Positions 56,258 to 64,000 of a stretch of DNA of 64,000 nucleotides are shown here, piece by piece. Origin of the DNA: Lachnospiraceae bacterium (GTDB taxonomy: Bacteria; Bacillota; Clostridia; Lachnospirales; Lachnospiraceae); assembly GCA_017482485.1 (NCBI GenBank), contig JAFUMV010000081.1:4981-68980 (forward strand), in the 5' to 3' direction. How positions within the stretch are numbered: position 1 is the first letter of the stretch; each line of letters starts with the position of its first letter. Both the position numbers and the translations under genes were made by a program. A model generated the notes under the pieces. The model saw only the letters and a program-made list of their open reading frames with translations. It was not told the origin of the DNA and searched no databases.

Positions 56258-58076
56258 AATCTTTTTCCTGTTGTTTTAAAAATTGGATGCCGGAGTCAAA
56301 GGTGTCATCTTCGTACAAAAAAGGAAGGGTCAGTGTGGTTTTCATGCCCCGGTCAGGCGCAGTGTGAATTTCCATTTTATATCCGCTGCCGTATTTGAGT
56401 TTTAAACGGCGGTGGATATTGATGACGCCGATATTCTGGTTCTGTTTCTGGAAATTGGTTTCAAAACCGGTGTTCAGTTTTTCCATCAAACGATGATATT
56501 CCCCATCGTTCATGCCGTTTCCGTCATCTGAGATCTCAATGATGAGGATGTTTTCCTCTTTTGCAATCGAAAAATATATATTCCCGGAGGAACGTTCCTT
56601 AAAGCCGTGCTGAATGCTGTTTTCAATCAGCGGCTGCAGAATCAGCTTGAGCATCGGGAGGCCCAGACAATTTTCATCGATCTGCTCATGATACTGGTAT
56701 TTGTCGTGAAAGCGAAGATTCTGGATATAAAGATAGTCTTTCATATATTCGATCTCATTTTGCACCGTTACCGTTTCGGAGGAATTGTAATTGATGCTGT
56801 ACCGAAGCAGCTGCGAAAGGCGCGAATTGGCTTCGCAGGCGGTGTCGTACTGGCCGATCTCTATCAGGGAATTGATGATCTCCAGTGAATTGAAAAGAAA
56901 GTGCGGCTGAATCTGTGCCTGAAGCGCCATGAGCTGCGCGTCTTTCTTTTGCATTTCGCTGATATAGTTGGTCTCAATCATGCGCTGCAGCTGCTTCACC
57001 ATGTCGGTGAAGTTTTGGTCAAAAGTACCGATCTCATCGGTGGCGGGCGGTGCATCACTGATGTTTAAATTCCCATTGCTGACGCAGGCAATCTTGGCGA
57101 GAACCCTGGAAAAACGATGATCCAGATGAAATGAGAGCGCCAGACCGAGGGCCAGCGTGATGGTTGCCAGAAGTAGGATGCTGATGGTCAGCGTGCGGTT
57201 TAAGGCATTCAGCTTTGCGGAGGATGCCTGTAAGGAGATATAGCAGACGGCACGCAATCCGTTAGCGGAATATAAACTGGTGATATAGATGCCTGAATCC
57301 CCGGAAAAATCATCAATTGGATATCCGCTGTACCATTTTCCGGTGTGGTGGCTTATGTATTCCAGATAATCACCGGTGTCTGAAAAACTGGAACCGTAAA
57401 TCCAGTCTCCCTCGGAGTTGATGAGAAACAGATTTTCCGGAGATTCTCCCTCTGTGTTTCGGATCGTCTTGAACACTTTCTGCGGAAACAGGGTTAAGTG
57501 AATGATGCACACAACTCTGCTGTTGTCTTTGGAGTAGATGGGATATAAAACGGAAAGTCTTTCCAGCTGAAATGTTCCTGCCGGGTGAAGAAAATATCTG
57601 TTGTAGTATTCCTGCTCCAAATACTCTTTGCAGATTTCGGGCATTTCATCCGGCTCTTTCATGAATTTGCTGCAGGAAGCGTCATATTCTCCGGCAGGAT
57701 AAAATGTGAGATCATAAAATCCGTAAGGGAACTGGTTTCTCAGAATCTGGCTGATTTCCCGGTTGACTGCAGTGTAATCCGTCTCTGCCAGCTCCGGGTG
57801 GGAAAAGCGGCTGCGCAGAACTTCGCTGTCGGCAAATGCGGTGAGCAGTGAATTGTATTTGGAAAACCGGAAATTGATATTGTCGATGTAGGCTTCCAGA
57901 AACTGCCTGGAGGTTTCGTGAAATTCCTGTGTCAGATAGTCGGTTGTATTTGTGCGGATGTAGGAATTGACCACAAAAATTTCTACAAACAAAAGCAGAA
58001 TCAAAAGGCAAATGTATTTGGTGATCAGTTTTGTGTGATAGAGAAAGTACTGGGGCAGCTTTCGTAAAAATTTCAT
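56238..58076 (-). CDS. Sensor histidine kinase (YesM-like)
   Basis: QIQPHFLFNSL, ILQPLIENSIQHG and DDGNGM motifs. Start set at ATG 58076, behind GAGGT. Confidence 0.92.
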   Translation of the reverse strand: MKFLRKLPQYFLYHTKLITKYICLLILLLFVEIFVVNSYIRTNTTDYLTQEFHETSRQFLEAYIDNINFRFSKYNSLLTAFADSEVLRSRFSHPELAETDYTAVNREISQILRNQFPYGFYDLTFYPAGEYDASCSKFMKEPDEMPEICKEYLEQEYYNRYFLHPAGTFQLERLSVLYPIYSKDNSRVVCIIHLTLFPQKVFKTIRNTEGESPENLFLINSEGDWIYGSSFSDTGDYLEYISHHTGKWYSGYPIDDFSGDSGIYITSLYSANGLRAVCYISLQASSAKLNALNRTLTISILLLATITLALGLALSFHLDHRFSRVLAKIACVSNGNLNISDAPPATDEIGTFDQNFTDMVKQLQRMIETNYISEMQKKDAQLMALQAQIQPHFLFNSLEIINSLIEIGQYDTACEANSRLSQLLRYSINYNSSETVTVQNEIEYMKDYLYIQNLRFHDKYQYHEQIDENCLGLPMLKLILQPLIENSIQHGFKERSSGNIYFSIAKEENILIIEISDDGNGMNDGEYHRLMEKLNTGFETNFQKQNQNIGVINIHRRLKLKYGSGYKMEIHTAPDRGMKTTLTLPFLYEDDTFDSGIQFLKQQEKDYEDTDC

Positions 58077-58319
58077 CCCAACCTCTTTTCTGAGCATTCA
58101 GCGCGCATTCATTCGCCAATCCGCTCGGCTCTGAACTGATATATAAATGATAGCAGTCTGTACATTTTACTGTCAAGGACGACAAAAGTACGATGGGCGG
58201 CCAGAATCTGCCAATTTTCCACAATGTGCCTGTCGATTTTCCATTTTCCGATGCAGAATCGTCGGCTATACTGAGTACAGTTCCATTACGGGACAACACA
58301 TGGTAAGGAGGATTTAGTT

Positions 58320-59738
58320 ATGAAGAAAAAGTTACTCGCACTGCTGCTTTCCGGCACGATGCTGGCAGGCATGCTGACCGGTTGCAGTTCTGCTGAGGAT
58401 TCAGCGGAAGGTGCCTCTGTGAAGGAAACAACGCAGGCAGCAGAAGAAAAGGCGCAGGCTGCAGAAGAAACAGCCGAAGCAGCAGAAGAATCCGGAGAAA
58501 AAGTGGTCATTACAATGGTTACCACCCTCGGCAACGAAACCAGAGATCAGCTGATGAAGGATCTGGTTGAGGCTTCCTGCGATAATATTGAACTGGAGAT
58601 CATTACGCCGCCCAGCGATCAGGCGGGAGAAAAGATCGTTGCCATGCTGCAGGCTCATGAGGATATTGATATCGTGGAGGACGGCCTGGATCGTCATTAT
58701 ATCGAGAACGGCTGGATCGCAGATCTGACAGATTATGTGGCGGAGTGGGATGAGTATGAAACCATTCTTCCAAGCCTCAAAGATCGTCAGGCTTCGTTTG
58801 ACGGTAAGGTTTACGGACTTTATTACGGCCGTTATGAGAGATGTCTGTTTTATCGCGCGGACTGGCTCAAAGAAGCCGGCATCGAAGTTCCCACCACATG
58901 GAATGAACTCTATGATGCTGCTGTCGCTTTGACGGATCCCTCTCAGAACAGATACGGCTATGCGATGCGCGGCAACGTCAACGGCGGCGACTACATGCAG
59001 ATGCTTCTGCAGGCATCTCTGTCCAGCGAACTGATGGACCTTGCAACGCCTTATATCACAAAAGAAGGAAAGAGCATTTACGAGTATCCGGAAGCCATCG
59101 AAGCATGTGAATTCTGGATTGACCTGTACAACAACGCATCCAATCCCGACTCTCTGGCATGGGGCTATCCGGAAAGCGTAGAAGCATTCTATTCCGGCAC
59201 AGCTGCATTTCTGATCAACGATGCGGAAGTAATTGCCACCTGCGAACAGTATATGGAAGATGGTACCTGGGGCACCGCACCCCTTCCTGTTCATGATGAG
59301 ACCGGTGAAAGCTGGTTCCCTCAGGGTGGAGCTCATTTTTGCATAACCGGTTTCTCAGAGCATAAGGATGAGGCGTTTGAAGTGCTGAAAGTCATCTGCG
59401 GACAGGAAGGCAACATGGAATTGAGCAAAATCAACGGAACGCTGCCGGTTCATACCACCGCAGCTCAGGATCCGTTCTTCGGTGAGGGCTATTATGCCGC
59501 TTATGCCACCATGGGCGCTGATCCGAATTATAAGGGATTCTCCGAGGCTGCAGAATATGCATTTGCCACAGAGGAAGAACTGAGCATTATCGATGGCTTC
59601 TGGAAGGAAAAGGATGCCCTGTTCCAGGAACTTTTGCTGGGCGAGCTTTCTCCGGAAGATTATTGCGCGGACAGAGCCAGCTACTACGCGTGGGCTCATG
59701 ATTCGGAATGGGTAGCGGAAAGATTTGGGCTTGACTGA
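58320..59738 (+). CDS. Sugar ABC transporter solute-binding lipoprotein
   Basis: Lipobox LTGC; LFYRADWLKEAGIEVPTTWNEL motif. Confidence 0.92.
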   Translation: MKKKLLALLLSGTMLAGMLTGCSSAEDSAEGASVKETTQAAEEKAQAAEETAEAAEESGEKVVITMVTTLGNETRDQLMKDLVEASCDNIELEIITPPSDQAGEKIVAMLQAHEDIDIVEDGLDRHYIENGWIADLTDYVAEWDEYETILPSLKDRQASFDGKVYGLYYGRYERCLFYRADWLKEAGIEVPTTWNELYDAAVALTDPSQNRYGYAMRGNVNGGDYMQMLLQASLSSELMDLATPYITKEGKSIYEYPEAIEACEFWIDLYNNASNPDSLAWGYPESVEAFYSGTAAFLINDAEVIATCEQYMEDGTWGTAPLPVHDETGESWFPQGGAHFCITGFSEHKDEAFEVLKVICGQEGNMELSKINGTLPVHTTAAQDPFFGEGYYAAYATMGADPNYKGFSEAAEYAFATEEELSIIDGFWKEKDALFQELLLGELSPEDYCADRASYYAWAHDSEWVAERFGLD

Positions 59739-59819
59739 TTTTATGAAAAAAGAAAACTGCCGGATGCGTCTGCGCATTTACTGCGCAGGCTCAGGCGACG
59801 CGATATAAGTCAACATGGC

Positions 59820-59846
59820 TGCCGGAATCGTTTGACGGTTCCGGCA
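59820..59846 (+). terminator. Intercistronic stem-loop after the SBP gene (mRNA stabiliser or partial terminator)
   Basis: TGCCGGAA...TTCCGGCA, preceded by further palindromes at 59764-59801. Confidence 0.45.
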
Positions 59847-59871
59847 ATCATTTTCATAAAGGAGGTATGAC

Positions 59872-60783
59872 ATGAAGTCCCGTAAAAAATTATTTTCCAA
59901 AAAGGCAGGAAAAACTGCTTTCATCATCGCTTTTTTGCTTCCGTCCATCCTTTTGATGCTGGTATTTCTCTATTATCCGGCGATCAATGGCGTCATCATG
60001 TCCTTTCGAGATGTGACGCTTCTGGATCTGGACAATAAAGATTTTGTGGGTCTTGAAAATTATAAGGCCTTTTTGGATCTCTCCTTTGGTCCCTCCATAT
60101 GGAAGAACACATTTTTATGGCTGGTTCTGTGTGTGGGGCTGGAGTTTGTCTGCGGTTTTGGCCTTTCGCTTCTGCTTCAGACGAAGTTTCCGGGAAAGAA
60201 AATTTATGAAAGCATTGTATTTGTCCCCTGGGCTATTTCCGGTTTTGCGGTCGGCGTCATCTGGAAGTGGATGTTCAACGGCAACAGCGGTGTGATTAAT
60301 GATATTCTGGTAAGGCTGGGGATTCTTGAAACGCCGTTCGGTTTCCTTTCCAATGTGAACACCGCGTTTTACTGTGTGGTTGTGGCCAAGGTGTGGACAG
60401 GTATGGCGTTTTTTGCCATCGTTACGCTGGCTGCTTTGAAAACGGTTTCGAAGGACATGTATGAGGCGGCCGAAATCGATGGAGCAAACGGCATTCAGAA
60501 ATTTTTTTACATCACCCTGCCTTCCATCAGAGCATTGCTTCTTTTGACCATTCTGGTGAGAATGATTTCGATGATGAACGCGCCGGATCTGATTTTTGGT
60601 ATGACCGGAGGCGGTCCCGCCGGACGAAGCCACACCATTTCCAGCTATATCCTGACGCAGGTGATTTCCTCATCGGACTACGGTGAAATTTCTGCAGCCG
60701 GTGTTATTCTGTGGCTGATCACCCTGGCGCTCAGCGTTATATATGTCATTGCGACAAAAGCGACGAAAGGAAGTGATGAATAG
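59872..60783 (+). CDS. Carbohydrate ABC transporter permease
   Basis: VGLENY and EAA loop MYEAAEIDGA..FFYITLP. Confidence 0.93.
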   Translation: MKSRKKLFSKKAGKTAFIIAFLLPSILLMLVFLYYPAINGVIMSFRDVTLLDLDNKDFVGLENYKAFLDLSFGPSIWKNTFLWLVLCVGLEFVCGFGLSLLLQTKFPGKKIYESIVFVPWAISGFAVGVIWKWMFNGNSGVINDILVRLGILETPFGFLSNVNTAFYCVVVAKVWTGMAFFAIVTLAALKTVSKDMYEAAEIDGANGIQKFFYITLPSIRALLLLTILVRMISMMNAPDLIFGMTGGGPAGRSHTISSYILTQVISSSDYGEISAAGVILWLITLALSVIYVIATKATKGSDE

Positions 60784-61625
60784 TGAGAAAGAAAAAAACA
60801 GCAAAGTATTTTATCGGCAGATTTTTCCGATATACGGGTCTGGCATTGTTTTTAATCTATACCGTATTTCCTCTGGTCTGGCTTTTTCTGTCGTCCATAA
60901 AGTCCAAAAAGGAAATGTACAATTTCCCCGTAGAATACTGGCCGGATAACCCGACTCTGATCAACTATGAGGAAGTGATACGAAAAGGGAGTTTTCTGAG
61001 ATATACCTGGAACAGTCTGTTTCTGGCGCTGATCGTAGGGGGAGCTGTCGCGCTGCTCACCTGCATGTCCGCCTATGTGCTTTCGCGAATGAATTTTAAG
61101 GGAAAACAGGGGGTATTCATTTTTTTCATGATGACCCAGATGCTCCCCACCTCGGCGGGCTTTGCTTCGATGTACCTTCTGATGTCCAGACTTCATATGA
61201 CAGATAAGCTGTCAACGGTCGCGCTGATTCTGATTGCGGGGCAGATTCCGTTTGGCACGATTATGCAGATCGGTTTTTTAAAAGGCATTCCGACGGCGCT
61301 GGAGGAGGCCGCGCTGATTGACGGCTGCGGAAGGTTTAAAATGTTCTTAAGAATTGTGCTTCCTTTGGCAAAGCCGGGACTGTTCACCGTATTTATTTTT
61401 ACATTCCTCGCAGGATGGAACGATACCTACACCTCTGTCATGTATATTAACAGTGAAAAGTACAAAACCCTGGCGGTGGCGATTTACTCCCTGATCGGTG
61501 TCTATGATATCAACTGGGGTAATGTGGCGGCGGGAACCATGATCGCAATCGTTCCTGCGATGATTCTGTTCGCGTGTATGAAGGAAGTATTTGTCGAGAA
61601 TATCGGCGGCGCAGTAAAAGAATAA
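60783..61625 (+). CDS. Carbohydrate ABC transporter permease
   Basis: EAA loop LEEAALIDGC..FLRIVLPLAKPG. GTG start overlaps the upstream stop. Confidence 0.93.
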   Translation: MRKKKTAKYFIGRFFRYTGLALFLIYTVFPLVWLFLSSIKSKKEMYNFPVEYWPDNPTLINYEEVIRKGSFLRYTWNSLFLALIVGGAVALLTCMSAYVLSRMNFKGKQGVFIFFMMTQMLPTSAGFASMYLLMSRLHMTDKLSTVALILIAGQIPFGTIMQIGFLKGIPTALEEAALIDGCGRFKMFLRIVLPLAKPGLFTVFIFTFLAGWNDTYTSVMYINSEKYKTLAVAIYSLIGVYDINWGNVAAGTMIAIVPAMILFACMKEVFVENIGGAVKE

Positions 61626-61668
61626 ATGGGCCCTGAAAGGGCGTACGGTTTATTACAGGAGGCAATTT

Positions 61669-62769
61669 ATGAATTACTTAGAGACACTGAAATATCACTA
61701 TAAACCGAAAAAAGGCTGGCTCAACGACCCGAACGGGCTGGTTTATTTTGCCGGATATTATCATGTATTTTATCAGCATTGTCCGGACTATGAGACATTC
61801 GGGCATCAGCCGATGTACTGGGGGCATGCCAGAACCAGGGACTTTCTGCATTGGGAAGAGCTGCCGGTGGCATTGTGCCCTGATACACCTTATGACTGCG
61901 AAGGCTGTTGGTCCGGCACGGCCATCGTAAAGGATGACAAGCTCTATCTGTTTTACGCGTCCATCCATACTCCCGAAGGCGCTGACCGAAGGAACGAAGC
62001 TGTCAGTGTTGCCTGGTCTGAGGATGGCATCCATTTTGAAAAATATGCGGGAAATCCGGTGATCGCCCATTATCCGGCAGATGGCGGACCGGACTTTCGG
62101 GATCCGGCGATCGCCTGCATCGACGGGAAATACTATATCGTCATGGCCACCGGAAATCCGGAAACCGAAACTGCCCGTCTGCTGCTTTATGAAAGCGAAA
62201 ATCTCTTTGACTGGAAATACAACGGCATCATGAGGGCGTGGGAACATTCCATTTTCGCCGAGTGCCCGTCCTTTATGCCCGCAGGGGATAAGTTCCTGCT
62301 CACAGCGTCAGTCTGCAAACAGGATTCTCACTATTTTTCCGTGATGTACGGCGGCTTCGAGAACGGCAAATTCACGCTGGAAACGGAAGGCGATGTGGAT
62401 AAAGGGCCCGATCAGTATGCGGGACAGGTGTTTTTGGATCCTAAGGGAAGAACGATTCTCATCACCTGGATCCCGGGCTGGCCTTATGATGGCTATGCCC
62501 AAAAGGATGTGGGCTGTATGTCCGTTCCCCGGGAACTTCGCCTTAAGGACGGGAAAGTGTACGGTTATCCTGTGGAGGAAGTGCAGCATCTTTTAATGGA
62601 CAGCGATCCGGCGGTTCAAAGGACCGGGAACGGTTTCATCATCGAAAGAACAGGCCGTGATCCTTTGGTCTATACCGGAAAAGTCACCGATCTGAAGATT
62701 CTGCGCGATGCGTTCATTCTCGAAGTTTTTGTAAACGGCGGCGAGGAAATTTACTCTGTGCTGCTTTGA
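61669..62769 (+). CDS. GH32 glycoside hydrolase with a shortened C-terminal sandwich
   Basis: WLNDPNG, WSGTA, FRDP and AECP catalytic motifs; YAGQ. Confidence 0.92.
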   Translation: MNYLETLKYHYKPKKGWLNDPNGLVYFAGYYHVFYQHCPDYETFGHQPMYWGHARTRDFLHWEELPVALCPDTPYDCEGCWSGTAIVKDDKLYLFYASIHTPEGADRRNEAVSVAWSEDGIHFEKYAGNPVIAHYPADGGPDFRDPAIACIDGKYYIVMATGNPETETARLLLYESENLFDWKYNGIMRAWEHSIFAECPSFMPAGDKFLLTASVCKQDSHYFSVMYGGFENGKFTLETEGDVDKGPDQYAGQVFLDPKGRTILITWIPGWPYDGYAQKDVGCMSVPRELRLKDGKVYGYPVEEVQHLLMDSDPAVQRTGNGFIIERTGRDPLVYTGKVTDLKILRDAFILEVFVNGGEEIYSVLL

Positions 62770-62790
62770 GATGAAAAGAGGTGTTTTTTC

Positions 62791-63549
62791 ATGGAAAAAA
62801 TGATTACTTATGAGAGCCTGCGAAGTTTTGCATATGTGAACGATCAAATATGCAAACAGCCGGTTCGCGGCATTGTTGTTTCCTTTTTTGGGCTGGGCAC
62901 CCAGGACATGTTTGATGCGGATACAGCGGAAGGAAAGTTTTTTGCGGAAAAAGGAATTCTCTATGTTGTGCCTTACAACAATCCATGGGCCTGGATGAAC
63001 CGGCAGGCAGCAGCGTATACCGATGAAATTCTGGATGTTTTAGTTGACAGATACGGCCTGGAAGATGAGGTTCCCGTCGTTTCCACCGGTGGAAGTATGG
63101 GAGGGCAGTCTGCGCTGGTTTACATGTCTTATGCGAAGAGAACGCCGGTATCCTGCGTTGCGAACTGTCCGGTGTGTGATGCGGTGTTCCATTTCACAGA
63201 ACGGCCGGATCTTCCGCGCACCATGTACAGCGCGCTGTATTATGAGAATGGAACGCTGGATGAGGTGCTTCGTTCCATTTCGCCGCTGCATCTTATCGGA
63301 AAGCTGCCGCAGGTGAAATATCACATTTTCCACTGCAGTGAGGATCGGGCGGTGAATAAAGAAAGCCATTCGGATGTTTTTGTGGAGAAAATGCGCCAAA
63401 GCGGATATGACTTAACCTATGATATTGTTCCGGGAAGAGGGCATTGCGATCTGACAGAGGATATGAAGGTGAAATATCTGCAGTATGCCGTGGAGGATGT
63501 TGAGGGTGCGGCAGCATGTAAACAGGGGTTGACGGATGGAATGTTCTGA
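62791..63549 (+). CDS. Alpha/beta-hydrolase (esterase / prolyl-oligopeptidase-like)
   Basis: GGSMGG nucleophile elbow, HCSEDRAV (Asp) and GRGHC (His). Confidence 0.85.
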   Translation: MEKMITYESLRSFAYVNDQICKQPVRGIVVSFFGLGTQDMFDADTAEGKFFAEKGILYVVPYNNPWAWMNRQAAAYTDEILDVLVDRYGLEDEVPVVSTGGSMGGQSALVYMSYAKRTPVSCVANCPVCDAVFHFTERPDLPRTMYSALYYENGTLDEVLRSISPLHLIGKLPQVKYHIFHCSEDRAVNKESHSDVFVEKMRQSGYDLTYDIVPGRGHCDLTEDMKVKYLQYAVEDVEGAAACKQGLTDGMF

Positions 63550-63565
63550 GGAACAGAAATGTGAA

Positions 63566-63594
63566 AAATCTCGCAGAGAAATTCTGCGGGATTT
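63566..63594 (+). terminator. Hairpin after the esterase gene
   Basis: AAATCTCGCAGA-GAAAT-TCTGCGGGATTT. Confidence 0.55.
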
Positions 63595-64000
63595 GAGACC
63601 AATAAAAAAGGCACCATTAGTCCTGAGATCTACGGCCACTTTTCCGAACATCTCGGAAGATGCATCTATGAAGGCCTGTACGTGAAAGAGGATTCCGGCA
63701 TTCCCAACAAAAACGGCATGCGCACAGATGTTGTGGAGGCGTTAAAGAAAATGGGCATTTCGGTGCTGCGCTGCAAGACCTATGTGAACGGCAATGTGGG
63801 AAGCGGCACCGTGCAGGAAATGAGCGAGTGGGTGGAGTACATGACCTTTGACGGCATTTCTCCCATGGCGAATCTGCGTAAGGCAAACGGCCATGAAAGC
63901 CCTGGAAGGTGGATTATTTCGGTGTGGGCAATGAAAACTGGGGCTGCGGCGGCAACATGACTCCTGAGTACTACGGCAATCTGTACCGTAGATATCAGAC
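63595..64000 (+). pseudogene. abfA: GH51 alpha-L-arabinofuranosidase pseudogene, running off the window end
   Basis: Reads [20 protein letters not shown]...VLR|[12 protein letters not shown]...NG; after a frameshift near 63896 it continues [25 protein letters not shown]. No in-frame start, and the WPGG block is deleted. Confidence 0.85.

Noticed and set aside
63682-63960. Intact 92-aa protein
   Set aside because: It is an internal piece of the disrupted GH51 gene; homology extends upstream of it and continues in another frame.

Overview
A ~50% GC chromosomal window from an anaerobic gut Firmicute. Gene content and style suggest Lachnospiraceae/Clostridia (inference). It is dominated by carbohydrate catabolism: GH4, GH38, GH31, GH125, GH3, GH20, GH2, GH32, a decayed GH51, an AGE-family isomerase, sugar ABC/MFS transporters, two YesM/YesN-type two-component systems, and AraC/DeoR regulators. 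Housekeeping genes are interspersed (greA, recQ, proC, trxB, an NlpC/P60 hydrolase, a heterodimeric ABC exporter). I saw no rRNA, tRNA, CRISPR array, transposase or integrase. The main leads are: (1) a RelA/SpoT-domain small-alarmone-synthetase-like gene coupled to two unknown ORFs, behind a promoter/terminator leader (candidate toxSAS-like or stress module); (2) a stand-alone, multi-hairpin ncRNA candidate between convergent genes at 18.4-18.6 kb; (3) a TetM/EF-G-like GTPase fused to a Rae1/YacP-type NYN nuclease; (4) two large uncharacterised glycan-enzyme-like proteins; (5) three deletion remnants (alkaline-phosphatase-family mini-ORF, pcp, GH51); (6) two families of dispersed palindromic intergenic repeats. 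All family assignments come from motif recognition by eye; no database searches were run.
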